Below are positions 16,898 to 25,910 of a DNA stretch of 64,000 nucleotides, in pieces. The translations under genes were made by a program, and so were the position numbers. Each line of letters begins with the position of its first letter. Position 1 is the stretch's first letter. The notes under the pieces are model-generated. The model was not told the origin of the DNA, ran no database searches, and saw only the letters and a program-made list of their open reading frames with translations. The stretch lies in the NCBI GenBank assembly GCA_024399835.1, contig JAKSNK010000006.1:22655-86654 (forward strand). Reading direction: 5' to 3'. This DNA is from Paludibacteraceae bacterium. Lineage in GTDB: Bacteria > Bacteroidota > Bacteroidia > Bacteroidales > Paludibacteraceae.

Positions 16898-18079
16898 TTA
16901 TCTATTCATACGATGTTTAACATTTCTGCGAACCACGCACCAGTCAATGAGAGGAGCGAATGCGTTGCCAAGCAAGATGGCAAGCATCATACCCTCCGGG
17001 AAACCGGGGTTCAACACACGCACCAAGATGACCATAAAGCCAATCAAAGCGCCATAAATCCATTTGCCACACTCGGTACGAGCGCCGGTTACAGGGTCAG
17101 TAGCCATGAAGACGGCACCAAACAGCAAACCGCCACTAATCAAGTGCATGTACCACGGATAATTAGCAATAGCCGTGTCGGGTCCAAACGCATTAAAGAG
17201 CGCAGCGGTCACACCCGCAGTAGCCAATATACTCAGCATCACTTTCCACGAAGCGACACCTGTCATCAGCAGCAGGACAGCACCTATCAGTATAGCCCAA
17301 ACGCAAGTCTCACCAACACAACCGGGCATCAGTCCGTTAAAGGTCTCCCAGAACGAAGCGTTCTCGGCAGCCATGCCTGTACCCAACTGGGTCAGCGTAG
17401 TGGCGCCTGACCAACCGTCTATAGCCGTTGCTCCGTCCCAGCCCCATGTCGAGCCCAAGCGGACAAACACACTATCGCCGGTCATGCTGGCAGGATATGC
17501 AAAGAAAAGGAACGCACGCGCGATAAGGGCAACATTGAAAATATTGTAGCCCGTACCACCAAAGACCTCCTTGGCAAAGATAACCGCAAAGGCGGTGGCT
17601 ATTGCCACTTGCCACAACGGTGTATTAATCGGCAATATGAGCGGCAGAATGAAACCAGTTACCAGATAACCCTCTGCCACTTCTTCGTGCTTAATCTGAG
17701 CAACGATGAACTCAATTCCCAAACCTACAATGTAGGAAACAAGATAGAACGGGATAATAGCCAACACACCAAAACCAAGTGCTTTCCACCACAATGCGCA
17801 AGTCATGCCGCATGCCAATTGTCCCGTTGCCAGCAGATGTTGGTAACCGACATTGAACATACCGAACAGCAAGCACGGAATTAATGCCAATACAACAATA
17901 ATCATCGTGCGTTTGCTATCGCTGCCGTCGTGAATCTGTGCGCCAACCTTTTTGGCAGTAGTGGTAGGAGTGAATAGGAAGGTATCAAAAGCATCGTAGA
18001 AACTGCTCAGTTTCTCGAATTTACCACCTTCTTGGAAGTTCTCACCGAACTTCTTCCAGAATTTATAAAACTTTTCCAT
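16898..18079 (-). CDS. nqrB: NQR subunit B
   Basis: 393-aa polytopic ORF; NqrB/RnfD-like, SGATTLT FMN-attachment region. Confidence 0.95.
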   Translation of the reverse strand: MEKFYKFWKKFGENFQEGGKFEKLSSFYDAFDTFLFTPTTTAKKVGAQIHDGSDSKRTMIIVVLALIPCLLFGMFNVGYQHLLATGQLACGMTCALWWKALGFGVLAIIPFYLVSYIVGLGIEFIVAQIKHEEVAEGYLVTGFILPLILPINTPLWQVAIATAFAVIFAKEVFGGTGYNIFNVALIARAFLFFAYPASMTGDSVFVRLGSTWGWDGATAIDGWSGATTLTQLGTGMAAENASFWETFNGLMPGCVGETCVWAILIGAVLLLMTGVASWKVMLSILATAGVTAALFNAFGPDTAIANYPWYMHLISGGLLFGAVFMATDPVTGARTECGKWIYGALIGFMVILVRVLNPGFPEGMMLAILLGNAFAPLIDWCVVRRNVKHRMNR

Positions 18080-19455
18080 TACTCAATCTCCTTTCTCATA
18101 TAATCCAATGCCTCGCGTGCGATTGCCTGCAGGGGCATTTTGGAGGTACAAACATATTCGCACAAAGCGAAATCTTCGGGAGCAACTTCGTTAGCACCCA
18201 ATTCAATCATCTTGTCCAGATTGAGAGCAATCATGGCTTTAATCAGTTGCTCAGGATAAATATCCATCGGGAAGACTTTGTCGTATTCGCCACTAACAAT
18301 GATAGCGCGACGACCGCCCTTGAGGCGTGCATCCCATTGGTATTTGCGTTCTCCGAACAGCCACTTCATCATGCAGTTGTCTGCAATCATCTTGGCAGGG
18401 TCGGTCAATCCGAAATGGAACGCATTAAACCGCGGGAACATCCATCCCATAAACTCATGCGTATCAGACCCTTCGCCGATAACAGTGTACATATTCGGAT
18501 AAACGGAAATGACATCATCCATGCCAATTTGGTGTCCGCTTAAGGCGTTGCCTGCAATAAAGCGGCAAGGCACTTCCTTGTGATAATTGGACTCCAACAG
18601 CGCACTCACGGGCATGCCGGGCAGCACATTGTAGTACATTTTACCATAAGCCATAGGTCCAACTAAAGCCACTTTTTTCTGCATATCTACAATGCCTTTG
18701 GCAAAGAGACGGCCGATAAGTGCCAAGTCCTGAATACCGATAGTCCAAATTGTCTCGCCCTGTTTCATAGGACGAATGTGGTTGATTTGCACGCTCGGGT
18801 TGCCTGCCGGGTGCGCACCTGCGACCTCGTACAGCACGCAGTCTTTCAGTCCGCGGAACTCGGGAGCAGCAGCGCCGTGACGAATGCCCACATAGACGGT
18901 GGCAATCTTGCTCAAAGCGGTTACTGCAGATTGCAGAATAGCACCTTGTCCCTTCAGTACCCACTCATAATCGGGTGCCAACGGGGCAGAACAGAACGAA
19001 GAAATAAAGATAGCTTGCGGCTCTTTGTTAGGCAGCGCGATACAATCGTAAGGACGCTGTTTAATCAAAGACCATAAACCGGATTGAAGTAAGATGGACT
19101 TCACATCTTCTTGGGTTTGAATAGCACCAACCTGTGCCTTAAAGTCCTCATACTCAATCGTTGCATCTGCAGCGATGTTGATGGACATTATTTTACGGCG
19201 GTCACCGCGTACGATGTCCTGTACTACACCCGAAACGGGCGAAGTGAACAACATTGCCTCAAATGCCTTGTCGTGGAAGAGGGGACTACCCGCTTTCACT
19301 CTGTCACCGACTTTGACCTCCAGTTTGGGAGTGATGCCGGCGAAGTGGTCAGGAACAATCCGAAATACATCCGGGCGACTGATACTGCCGAGCATCAGTT
19401 CCGCCTTTCCGTCCATTGGAAGATCAAGACCACGCTTCAAGTTGATTTGTTGCAT
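18079..19455 (-). CDS. nqrA: NQR subunit A
   Basis: 458-aa soluble ORF at head of the operon; NqrA-like N-terminus MQQINLKRGLDLPM.G. Confidence 0.95.
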   Translation of the reverse strand: MQQINLKRGLDLPMDGKAELMLGSISRPDVFRIVPDHFAGITPKLEVKVGDRVKAGSPLFHDKAFEAMLFTSPVSGVVQDIVRGDRRKIMSINIAADATIEYEDFKAQVGAIQTQEDVKSILLQSGLWSLIKQRPYDCIALPNKEPQAIFISSFCSAPLAPDYEWVLKGQGAILQSAVTALSKIATVYVGIRHGAAAPEFRGLKDCVLYEVAGAHPAGNPSVQINHIRPMKQGETIWTIGIQDLALIGRLFAKGIVDMQKKVALVGPMAYGKMYYNVLPGMPVSALLESNYHKEVPCRFIAGNALSGHQIGMDDVISVYPNMYTVIGEGSDTHEFMGWMFPRFNAFHFGLTDPAKMIADNCMMKWLFGERKYQWDARLKGGRRAIIVSGEYDKVFPMDIYPEQLIKAMIALNLDKMIELGANEVAPEDFALCEYVCTSKMPLQAIAREALDYMRKEIE

Positions 19456-19499
19456 GATATTAAAAATTTATTATTGTGTTTACGCTTTTATAATCTACA

Positions 19500-20018
19500 T
19501 CACTCTCTTGCCACAGCGATATATGCCAACAGCCGTCCTCCGTGCTCGCAATCCAACCCGCAACCGACGAAGAAATTCGAAGAGGCATCATCTATGCATG
19601 AATACAAGGGTATTTCCTCTGGCAAAGCCCTCGGTATGCGTTGCAGCAGTGTGACAGCGGCAAACGAACGAGCGATACCGTTCAGTTTATTATACACGGC
19701 TTTCAGCGTTTCACCTGAATCGCTGATATCGTCTATGACCACGATATCCCTACCCGTAAAATCGACATCGGGTATGTAATCCCACACAAAATCTTCGCGA
19801 GATTGGGCATTATACGAATGTCCCTTCAGATAATACACTTCGTTGGTTAAATCACCCAAACAATCAAACAGGCGAGACGAAAACCAAACTCCGCCGTTCA
19901 GCATAACAACAAATACCGTATCGGGACCGATGACTTGGTTTTTCTTCAGTCGCTTAGCCATACGGCGTATGGCGCGACGAACACGAAATTTGGAATATTT
20001 TATAGGATACTTATTCAT
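19500..20018 (-). CDS. phosphoribosyltransferase (hypoxanthine/purine PRTase-like)
   Basis: ORF 19500-20048 trimmed to ATG 20018, which sits 19 nt after the -7 box; PRPP-binding motif IVVIDDISDSGET. Confidence 0.75.
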   Translation of the reverse strand: MNKYPIKYSKFRVRRAIRRMAKRLKKNQVIGPDTVFVVMLNGGVWFSSRLFDCLGDLTNEVYYLKGHSYNAQSREDFVWDYIPDVDFTGRDIVVIDDISDSGETLKAVYNKLNGIARSFAAVTLLQRIPRALPEEIPLYSCIDDASSNFFVGCGLDCEHGGRLLAYIAVARE

Positions 20019-20037
20019 ACTACCGAAAAAATGAGCA

Positions 20038-20069
20038 CAAAGGTACAAAAAATTTTGGACATTTGCAAA
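20038..20069 (-). promoter_or_regulatory. sigma-A type promoter for the PRTase gene (possibly also nqr)
   Basis: Plus strand CAAAGGTA 20038-20045 and CAAA 20066-20069, spacer 20 nt. Confidence 0.65.
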
Positions 20070-20090
20070 TTTTTGAGCACATAATTTTTT

Positions 20091-21080
20091 CTAACTTTTT
20101 ATATGGTCAAATCCACTACCGAATACACCATTCACATTGGAGCAAGAAACAAAAGCATCAGGGTCGATTTGCTGAATGAGTTTGAGGATAGTATTGGTCT
20201 CATGTTTGCGCGCTAATACGGTAACCACGGTAATGGGTTGTCCACTATACCACCCTTTGCCGTCCAGCAATGTAACGCCACGACGGACAGTGGACGAAAT
20301 GGCTTGAGATATTTCTTCGTGCCTGCGAGAAAAGATAAAGAACTGTACGGATTGTCGCACACGGTTCATAAACCAATCCAACGCCGCCGTATAAGATACC
20401 GTCATGCTCAAACCGCACAAGATACGCTGGGTCTTATAGTCGGTCACAGACTGCATTCCCAAATCAACAGTAGCAGGAACAGGCAGGAAATACGCGCTGA
20501 GGATAATCACCAAATCACAAAGAACCAGTACTTTGCCCAGTCCCACATCTTTGTAATGATTGACAATCATTGCCACGATATCCGTTCCGCCCGAACTGCC
20601 GTTACACAGCATAACGATTCCCAGAGAGAGTCCAAATGCCACACCGCCTATGATACAGCCCAACATGGGGTCTGCGATAATAGGTACTTCGCGAATAGGA
20701 ATAAGACGATACCAAAAAGCAACAACCAAAACGCCAAAGATAGTACGAATACAGAACCTCCAACCTACAGTAAAACCTGCAACAGTCAGCAAGAGAGCAT
20801 TAATAACCACCGTCGAAAGCCAAATAGGAATGGCACCGTTATAGGAAGCAAAGAGTGTCGGGAAGAAACCTTGTGTGGCGTAATAAATGGCTGAACATAT
20901 ACCCGTCAGTCCGCCACCAACCAAAGCGTGCGGAACAAATATCCAGTTAACCATACACACAAACGGACAAAGGGCAATAAAAATGCCTATATACTCCAGC
21001 ACGACAGCCACAAAATGGACTTTGGGGTTATACTCCTTGTGCGGATTAGCGATTTGATTGACTAAGGGCTGACTATCCAT
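20091..21080 (-). CDS. YitT family membrane protein (DUF2179 C-terminal domain)
   Basis: 329-aa ORF; 5-6 TM segments, then a soluble C-terminal domain typical of YitT. Confidence 0.85.
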   Translation of the reverse strand: MDSQPLVNQIANPHKEYNPKVHFVAVVLEYIGIFIALCPFVCMVNWIFVPHALVGGGLTGICSAIYYATQGFFPTLFASYNGAIPIWLSTVVINALLLTVAGFTVGWRFCIRTIFGVLVVAFWYRLIPIREVPIIADPMLGCIIGGVAFGLSLGIVMLCNGSSGGTDIVAMIVNHYKDVGLGKVLVLCDLVIILSAYFLPVPATVDLGMQSVTDYKTQRILCGLSMTVSYTAALDWFMNRVRQSVQFFIFSRRHEEISQAISSTVRRGVTLLDGKGWYSGQPITVVTVLARKHETNTILKLIQQIDPDAFVSCSNVNGVFGSGFDHIKS

Positions 21081-21088
21081 TATGCTGA

Positions 21089-23905
21089 CTATTTATCGTA
21101 TTTGGTAATTAAGTTGCGGTCACCCCATCCGTTATCCACTCTACCTACAGGAATCCAAAACTTGTTGTTGCGCACCCATTCGGCAGGATAAGCGGCTTTG
21201 GTACGCGGATAAGCATGTACCCATTCGTCTGCCACTATTTCGTATTCGGCATGAGGAGCGTTCAACAACACATTATCAACAGGGTCTGCCGTACCGTTCT
21301 CTATTTCGCGTATCTCGTCGCGAATGGTCAACAAGGCAGAAATGAACTGATCCAACTCATGTTTGGACTCGCTCTCTGTGGGTTCTACCATGAGCGTGCC
21401 GTGTACGGGGAACGAGAGGGTTGGAGCATGGTAACCAAAGTCCATCAGCCGCTTGGCGATATCACTTTCCGTTATGCCGACAGCATGGAACTGACGGCAG
21501 TCCAAAATGAGTTCGTGTCCTACCCTACCGTTGGCACCCGTATAAACGATGCCGTATGCCTCTTTGAGTTGTGTCGCCATATAGTTGGCTGAAAGAATAG
21601 CAGCGGCAGTAGCATTGCATAACCCTTCGCAACCCATCATGCGAATATAGCCATAACTGATAAGCGCCATATTCGCGTTACCATATAAGGCAGACGAGAC
21701 ACGATTAAGGTCTGCGGTAGGCATGCAATCTGCCAACGCGGCTGTGCAACAGATAGCACCTACACCGGGACCACCACCACCATGAGGAGAAGCGAAACTC
21801 TTATGCAGATTAAGGTGGCACACATCTGCGCCTATGTAACCAGGATTAGTGTAACCTATTTGTGCATTCATGTTGGCACCGTCCATATAGACCAGTCCGC
21901 CATTGTCATGAATGATTTGGCACATTTCGCGAATCGCCTGTTCAAAGATACCGTGCGTGGACGGATAAGTTATCATACATCCTGCCAAACGGTCTTTGTT
22001 TTCTTCGGCTTTGGCACGCCAATCTGCAAGGTCTGTATTGCCGTTCTCGTCACATTGCACGACACACGGCACAAAGCCTGCTTGTACGCATGAAGCCGGA
22101 TTGGTACCATGGGCAGAAGCGGGTATAAGCAATATATTGCGTTCACTTTGGCGATGTTTACGCAGGTACTGACGGATGGTAACAAGTCCCGTATATTCGC
22201 CGGCTGCGCCCGAAGTGGGTTGCAGGTTGCATGCAGCAAAGCCCGTGATTACAGTCAACTGGTGTTCCAACTCGGTCAGCAATTCGCTATAGCCCTCCAC
22301 TTGTGCTTTCGGAGCCAAAGGATGTACGGCGCCAAAACCGGGCATCGTGATAGGAATCATGGCAGAAGCAGGATTCAGTTTCATCGTGCATGAACCTAAC
22401 GGAATCATCGTGTGGGTAAGAGAAATATCCTTGCGGTCCAAACGCTTGATATAGCGCATCATTTCCGTTTCTGTATGGTAGCGTTGAAAAACTTCCTGCT
22501 GCATATAGTCCACAGGGCGGAGATGCTGCTCTTCGATAGCACATAAGTCAAACGCCTCTTCGCTGTCTTCGTATTGCGGCATACCGTCTGCCAGTTCGGT
22601 AAACAAGGCAATCAGATCGTTCATATCGTCCAAAGTGACCGTCTCGTCCATGCTCAACCCGAACCAATCTTTGTCGTAGTAGAAATTGAATCCTTTATTT
22701 TCTGCAGCACGGCGAACATCTTTAAGAGTCAACCCTTCGGGCAGACGAATTTTGAGTGTGTCAAAAAACTCGGTATTCTCCTGCACAAAGCCGTATGCTT
22801 GCAGCATTTCACTCAAATAAACGGATTTGCCGTGTATGCCTTCGGCTATTTGCCTCAACCCTTCTGCACCATGATAGACGGCATATAATCCTGCCATGAC
22901 AGCATTAAGGGCTTCGGCTGTACAGATATTCGAAGTGGCGCGTTCGCGCTTGATGTGTTGTTCGCGGGTTTGCAAAGCCAACCGGAAAGCAGGATGTTCG
23001 TTTTTATCCTTGCTTAATCCGATAATACGCCCGGGCATGTCGCGCTTATATTCGTCACGCGTTGCCATATATCCGGCTGTCGGACCGCCAAAACCCATAG
23101 GTAAGCCCAAGCGTTGTGCGCTACCGCATACTATATCGGCATCAAGAGGACGCAACATGGCAAGTGCCATCAGGTCGGCTATAACGGTCACTTTGAGTCC
23201 GTGCTCGTGACATTGGTTGATAAAATAGGTATAATCCTCTATGCTGCCATCGGCATTGGGGTATTGTACCAAAGCACCCATATAGTCGGCTGTAGGAACA
23301 AAAGAAATATAATTGCCTTTGACCAATTCAATTCCCTGCCCTGCTGCACGCGTTTGCAAAACAGACCATGTATTGGCGAAGACATGTTCATCTACAAAGA
23401 CTTTGACTGCACCCTGTTTAACCTGTTCCTTGCTCCGCAGATTGCGCATCATCGTGACGGCTTCGGCGGCAGATGTGGCTTCGTCCAACAGCGAACAGTT
23501 AGCCAACGGCAAACCTGTCAGTTCGCTGATCATCGTTTGGAATACGAACAATGCTTCCAGCCGTCCCTGACTGACTTCTGCCTGATAGGGGGTATAAGAG
23601 GTGTACCAAACGGGGTTTTCAAGCACATTGCGTTGAATGACAGCAGGAGTGACGGTACCGTACCAACCGCGTCCAATCAAACTCTTGTACGGCAAGTTCT
23701 TAGCCGCCAAATCAGCCATGCTGTCCAAATGTTCCTGTTCGGTAAGCGGTTCGTCTAAATCAAGAGGTTGCGCAAGGCGTATATCGGCAGGAATAGTCTG
23801 TTCTATAAGTTGGTCAACCGACTCTACACCAATTACTTGACACATTTGCTGCTGGTCGCTATCGCTCAAACCGATATGCCGATTTTTAAGATAATTAACT
23901 TGCAT
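21089..23905 (-). CDS. gcvP: glycine dehydrogenase (aminomethyl-transferring), single-chain P protein
   Basis: 938-aa ORF; NRHIG N-terminus, SYTPYQAE.SQGRLE motif, PLP-lysine region NLHKSF. Confidence 0.95.
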   Translation of the reverse strand: MQVNYLKNRHIGLSDSDQQQMCQVIGVESVDQLIEQTIPADIRLAQPLDLDEPLTEQEHLDSMADLAAKNLPYKSLIGRGWYGTVTPAVIQRNVLENPVWYTSYTPYQAEVSQGRLEALFVFQTMISELTGLPLANCSLLDEATSAAEAVTMMRNLRSKEQVKQGAVKVFVDEHVFANTWSVLQTRAAGQGIELVKGNYISFVPTADYMGALVQYPNADGSIEDYTYFINQCHEHGLKVTVIADLMALAMLRPLDADIVCGSAQRLGLPMGFGGPTAGYMATRDEYKRDMPGRIIGLSKDKNEHPAFRLALQTREQHIKRERATSNICTAEALNAVMAGLYAVYHGAEGLRQIAEGIHGKSVYLSEMLQAYGFVQENTEFFDTLKIRLPEGLTLKDVRRAAENKGFNFYYDKDWFGLSMDETVTLDDMNDLIALFTELADGMPQYEDSEEAFDLCAIEEQHLRPVDYMQQEVFQRYHTETEMMRYIKRLDRKDISLTHTMIPLGSCTMKLNPASAMIPITMPGFGAVHPLAPKAQVEGYSELLTELEHQLTVITGFAACNLQPTSGAAGEYTGLVTIRQYLRKHRQSERNILLIPASAHGTNPASCVQAGFVPCVVQCDENGNTDLADWRAKAEENKDRLAGCMITYPSTHGIFEQAIREMCQIIHDNGGLVYMDGANMNAQIGYTNPGYIGADVCHLNLHKSFASPHGGGGPGVGAICCTAALADCMPTADLNRVSSALYGNANMALISYGYIRMMGCEGLCNATAAAILSANYMATQLKEAYGIVYTGANGRVGHELILDCRQFHAVGITESDIAKRLMDFGYHAPTLSFPVHGTLMVEPTESESKHELDQFISALLTIRDEIREIENGTADPVDNVLLNAPHAEYEIVADEWVHAYPRTKAAYPAEWVRNNKFWIPVGRVDNGWGDRNLITKYDK

Positions 23906-23954
23906 TTTATTGAGTATTTATATTGAATGCTATTAGGGCTCTCAAACTCCACCA

Positions 23955-24683
23955 TTAGAGATGAGATTCGCATACAGAGCCATTAACTTCGCTCAAACGG
24001 ACAGGGAAAGTAAAATAGGTATCAGGGTAAGGTTCGTCGCGCAGGGTAAAATGCCACCACTCCGTATCAAAAGGTTTGAAACCGTGCCGTAACATAGTTT
24101 CACGCAACAACCGGCGCATCGCCAATTGGTCTTCATTCAGATCTGTATAGGTCGGATAGGACGACATACCAAACCAATCAAATGTACCTCCCATATCCAC
24201 TTCACGCTCCGTTGCCATATCAAATAGCGTCAGATCAACCGTAGAACCACGCGTATGACTGCTATACTCACATATAAAACCTTCCGGGAAGAGGCGGTCT
24301 TTCGCTAAATCCGGATAGAAAAACGGCTTCATTATCGTATCGGAAACATCCTTGGACCAACGGACAAAATGATCCACCGCGCATTGGGGACGGTAAGCAT
24401 CAAATACTTTGAGCAGATACCCCTGTTGTTTGAGTTCGTCACTCACCATTCGTAACGAGTCCGCCGCCTGACGGGTCAGCAGGGCTATCGGTTCGTCATA
24501 ACCGTCTATGCGCGTGCCTACAAAATTATAGGTAGAATGGTAGCGTATCTCCAAAATGACATCAGGAACAACTTCCGAAATACTGACAAAGCCATATTTG
24601 GTTCCCTCAGGCACAGCGTTCCTATTCGGTACACACGATACCAGCAGGACACAAGATACTATTACTAAAAATCGATTTAACAA
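23955..24683 (-). CDS. D-alanyl-D-alanine dipeptidase (peptidase M15D, VanX/DdpX-like)
   Basis: 242-aa ORF with signal/lipoprotein-like N-terminus; SSHTRGSTVDLTL and WWHF motifs. Confidence 0.85.
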   Translation of the reverse strand: MLNRFLVIVSCVLLVSCVPNRNAVPEGTKYGFVSISEVVPDVILEIRYHSTYNFVGTRIDGYDEPIALLTRQAADSLRMVSDELKQQGYLLKVFDAYRPQCAVDHFVRWSKDVSDTIMKPFFYPDLAKDRLFPEGFICEYSSHTRGSTVDLTLFDMATEREVDMGGTFDWFGMSSYPTYTDLNEDQLAMRRLLRETMLRHGFKPFDTEWWHFTLRDEPYPDTYFTFPVRLSEVNGSVCESHL

Positions 24684-25753
24684 CTCTCAAACTGCTGCAA
24701 AAAACGGACATCATTCTCAGAGAAAAGGCGCAAATCCTTAACACGGTACTTGAGATTAGCAATCCGCTCCACTCCCAATCCAAACGCGAAGCCCGAATAG
24801 ACCTTGCTATCTATACCGCAACTCTCCAACACATTCGGATCTACCATACCGCAACCAAGTATCTCTACCCAGCCCGTTCCTTTACAGAAAGCGCAACCCT
24901 TACCTCCACACAAATCACACGAGATATCCATCTCGGCACTCGGCTCGGTAAACGGGAAATAAGACGGACGCAAACGAATCTGCGTTTCCGGTCCAAACAT
25001 CTCTTTCGCAAAATACAACAATGTCTGACGCAAGTCTGCAAAGCTCACATTCTTAGCCACATACAGCCCCTCCACCTGATGGAAGAAGCAATGTGCGCGT
25101 GCCGAGATTGCTTCGTTACGGAAGACGCGACCGGGACACAACACACGCAGAGAGGAAGAAGCATCCGAGGCGTTATTGAGCGATTTAGCCCAAGCGGTCA
25201 TCACACGCGTTTGAACGCTGGATGTGTGCGTACGGAGAAGAATATCCGTGGGCTTTTGCACGCCCTCTTCTTTCTCTATAAAAAAGGTATCTTGCATGTC
25301 GCGTGCAGGGTGTTCAGGAGCGAAATTCAGCATACCGAACACATGCTTATCATCTTCAACTTCAGGACCGTCTGCCACCGTAAAACCGATACGGGAGAAA
25401 ATATCAATAATCTGCTCACGCACCAATGACAACGGATGTCTGGTACCCAAGCCAATCGGGTCCGGCGTACGGGTCAAATCGGTTTTAACCTGACTGTCTG
25501 CATTCTCCTGACATTGCTCACGCAACTCGGTTATACGCGCCTCAAATTCCTGTTTAAGGCGATTTAGGGGCGCACCCCATTGGGCTTTTTCCTCCTTGGG
25601 GAACAACTTAAATTCGTCAAAGAGTTGGCTGACCAGTCCCTTTTTACTCAAATATTTCTGACGCAGGGCTTCTATTTCCGGTGCATTAGCAGCATGCAAA
25701 TCCTGCAACTCACGATGCAAGGACTCAATGCGGTCTTTTAATACTTCACTCAT
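24677..25753 (-). CDS. pheS: phenylalanine--tRNA ligase alpha subunit
   Basis: ORF 24677-25837 trimmed to ATG 25753 (MSEVLKDR...), 21 nt after the -7 box; class II motifs FRNEAIS.RAH, GLGVERI. Confidence 0.95.
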   Translation of the reverse strand: MSEVLKDRIESLHRELQDLHAANAPEIEALRQKYLSKKGLVSQLFDEFKLFPKEEKAQWGAPLNRLKQEFEARITELREQCQENADSQVKTDLTRTPDPIGLGTRHPLSLVREQIIDIFSRIGFTVADGPEVEDDKHVFGMLNFAPEHPARDMQDTFFIEKEEGVQKPTDILLRTHTSSVQTRVMTAWAKSLNNASDASSSLRVLCPGRVFRNEAISARAHCFFHQVEGLYVAKNVSFADLRQTLLYFAKEMFGPETQIRLRPSYFPFTEPSAEMDISCDLCGGKGCAFCKGTGWVEILGCGMVDPNVLESCGIDSKVYSGFAFGLGVERIANLKYRVKDLRLFSENDVRFLQQFESC

Positions 25754-25774
25754 AATTGCATTCAATAAAACACG

Positions 25775-25806
25775 CAAAGATACAATTTTTTTTTTGATTG
25801 CACAAA
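25775..25806 (-). promoter_or_regulatory. sigma-A type promoter for pheS
   Basis: Plus strand CAAAGATA 25775-25782 and CAAA 25803-25806, spacer 20 nt. Confidence 0.6.
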
Positions 25807-25852
25807 TAAAAGCGCATTTTTTCTCTAAAAAATACACTTTACGGCTGGTTCA

Positions 25853-25884
25853 TTTGGAAAAACCAAAATTTTGTTGTACCTTTG
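25853..25884 (+). promoter_or_regulatory. sigma-A type promoter for the lptD-slyD-der unit
   Basis: TTTG 25853-25856, 20-nt spacer, TACCTTTG 25877-25884. Confidence 0.65.
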
Positions 25885-25910
25885 CACGCTATTTTTTGTA
25901 TCGCGCGTAT

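Noticed and set aside
23906-23954. Glycine riboswitch upstream of gcvP.
   Set aside because: Only 49 nt separate gcvP from the upstream gene, which is too short for a glycine aptamer, and no conserved aptamer core is seen. gcvP is probably co-transcribed with the M15 dipeptidase and pheS.
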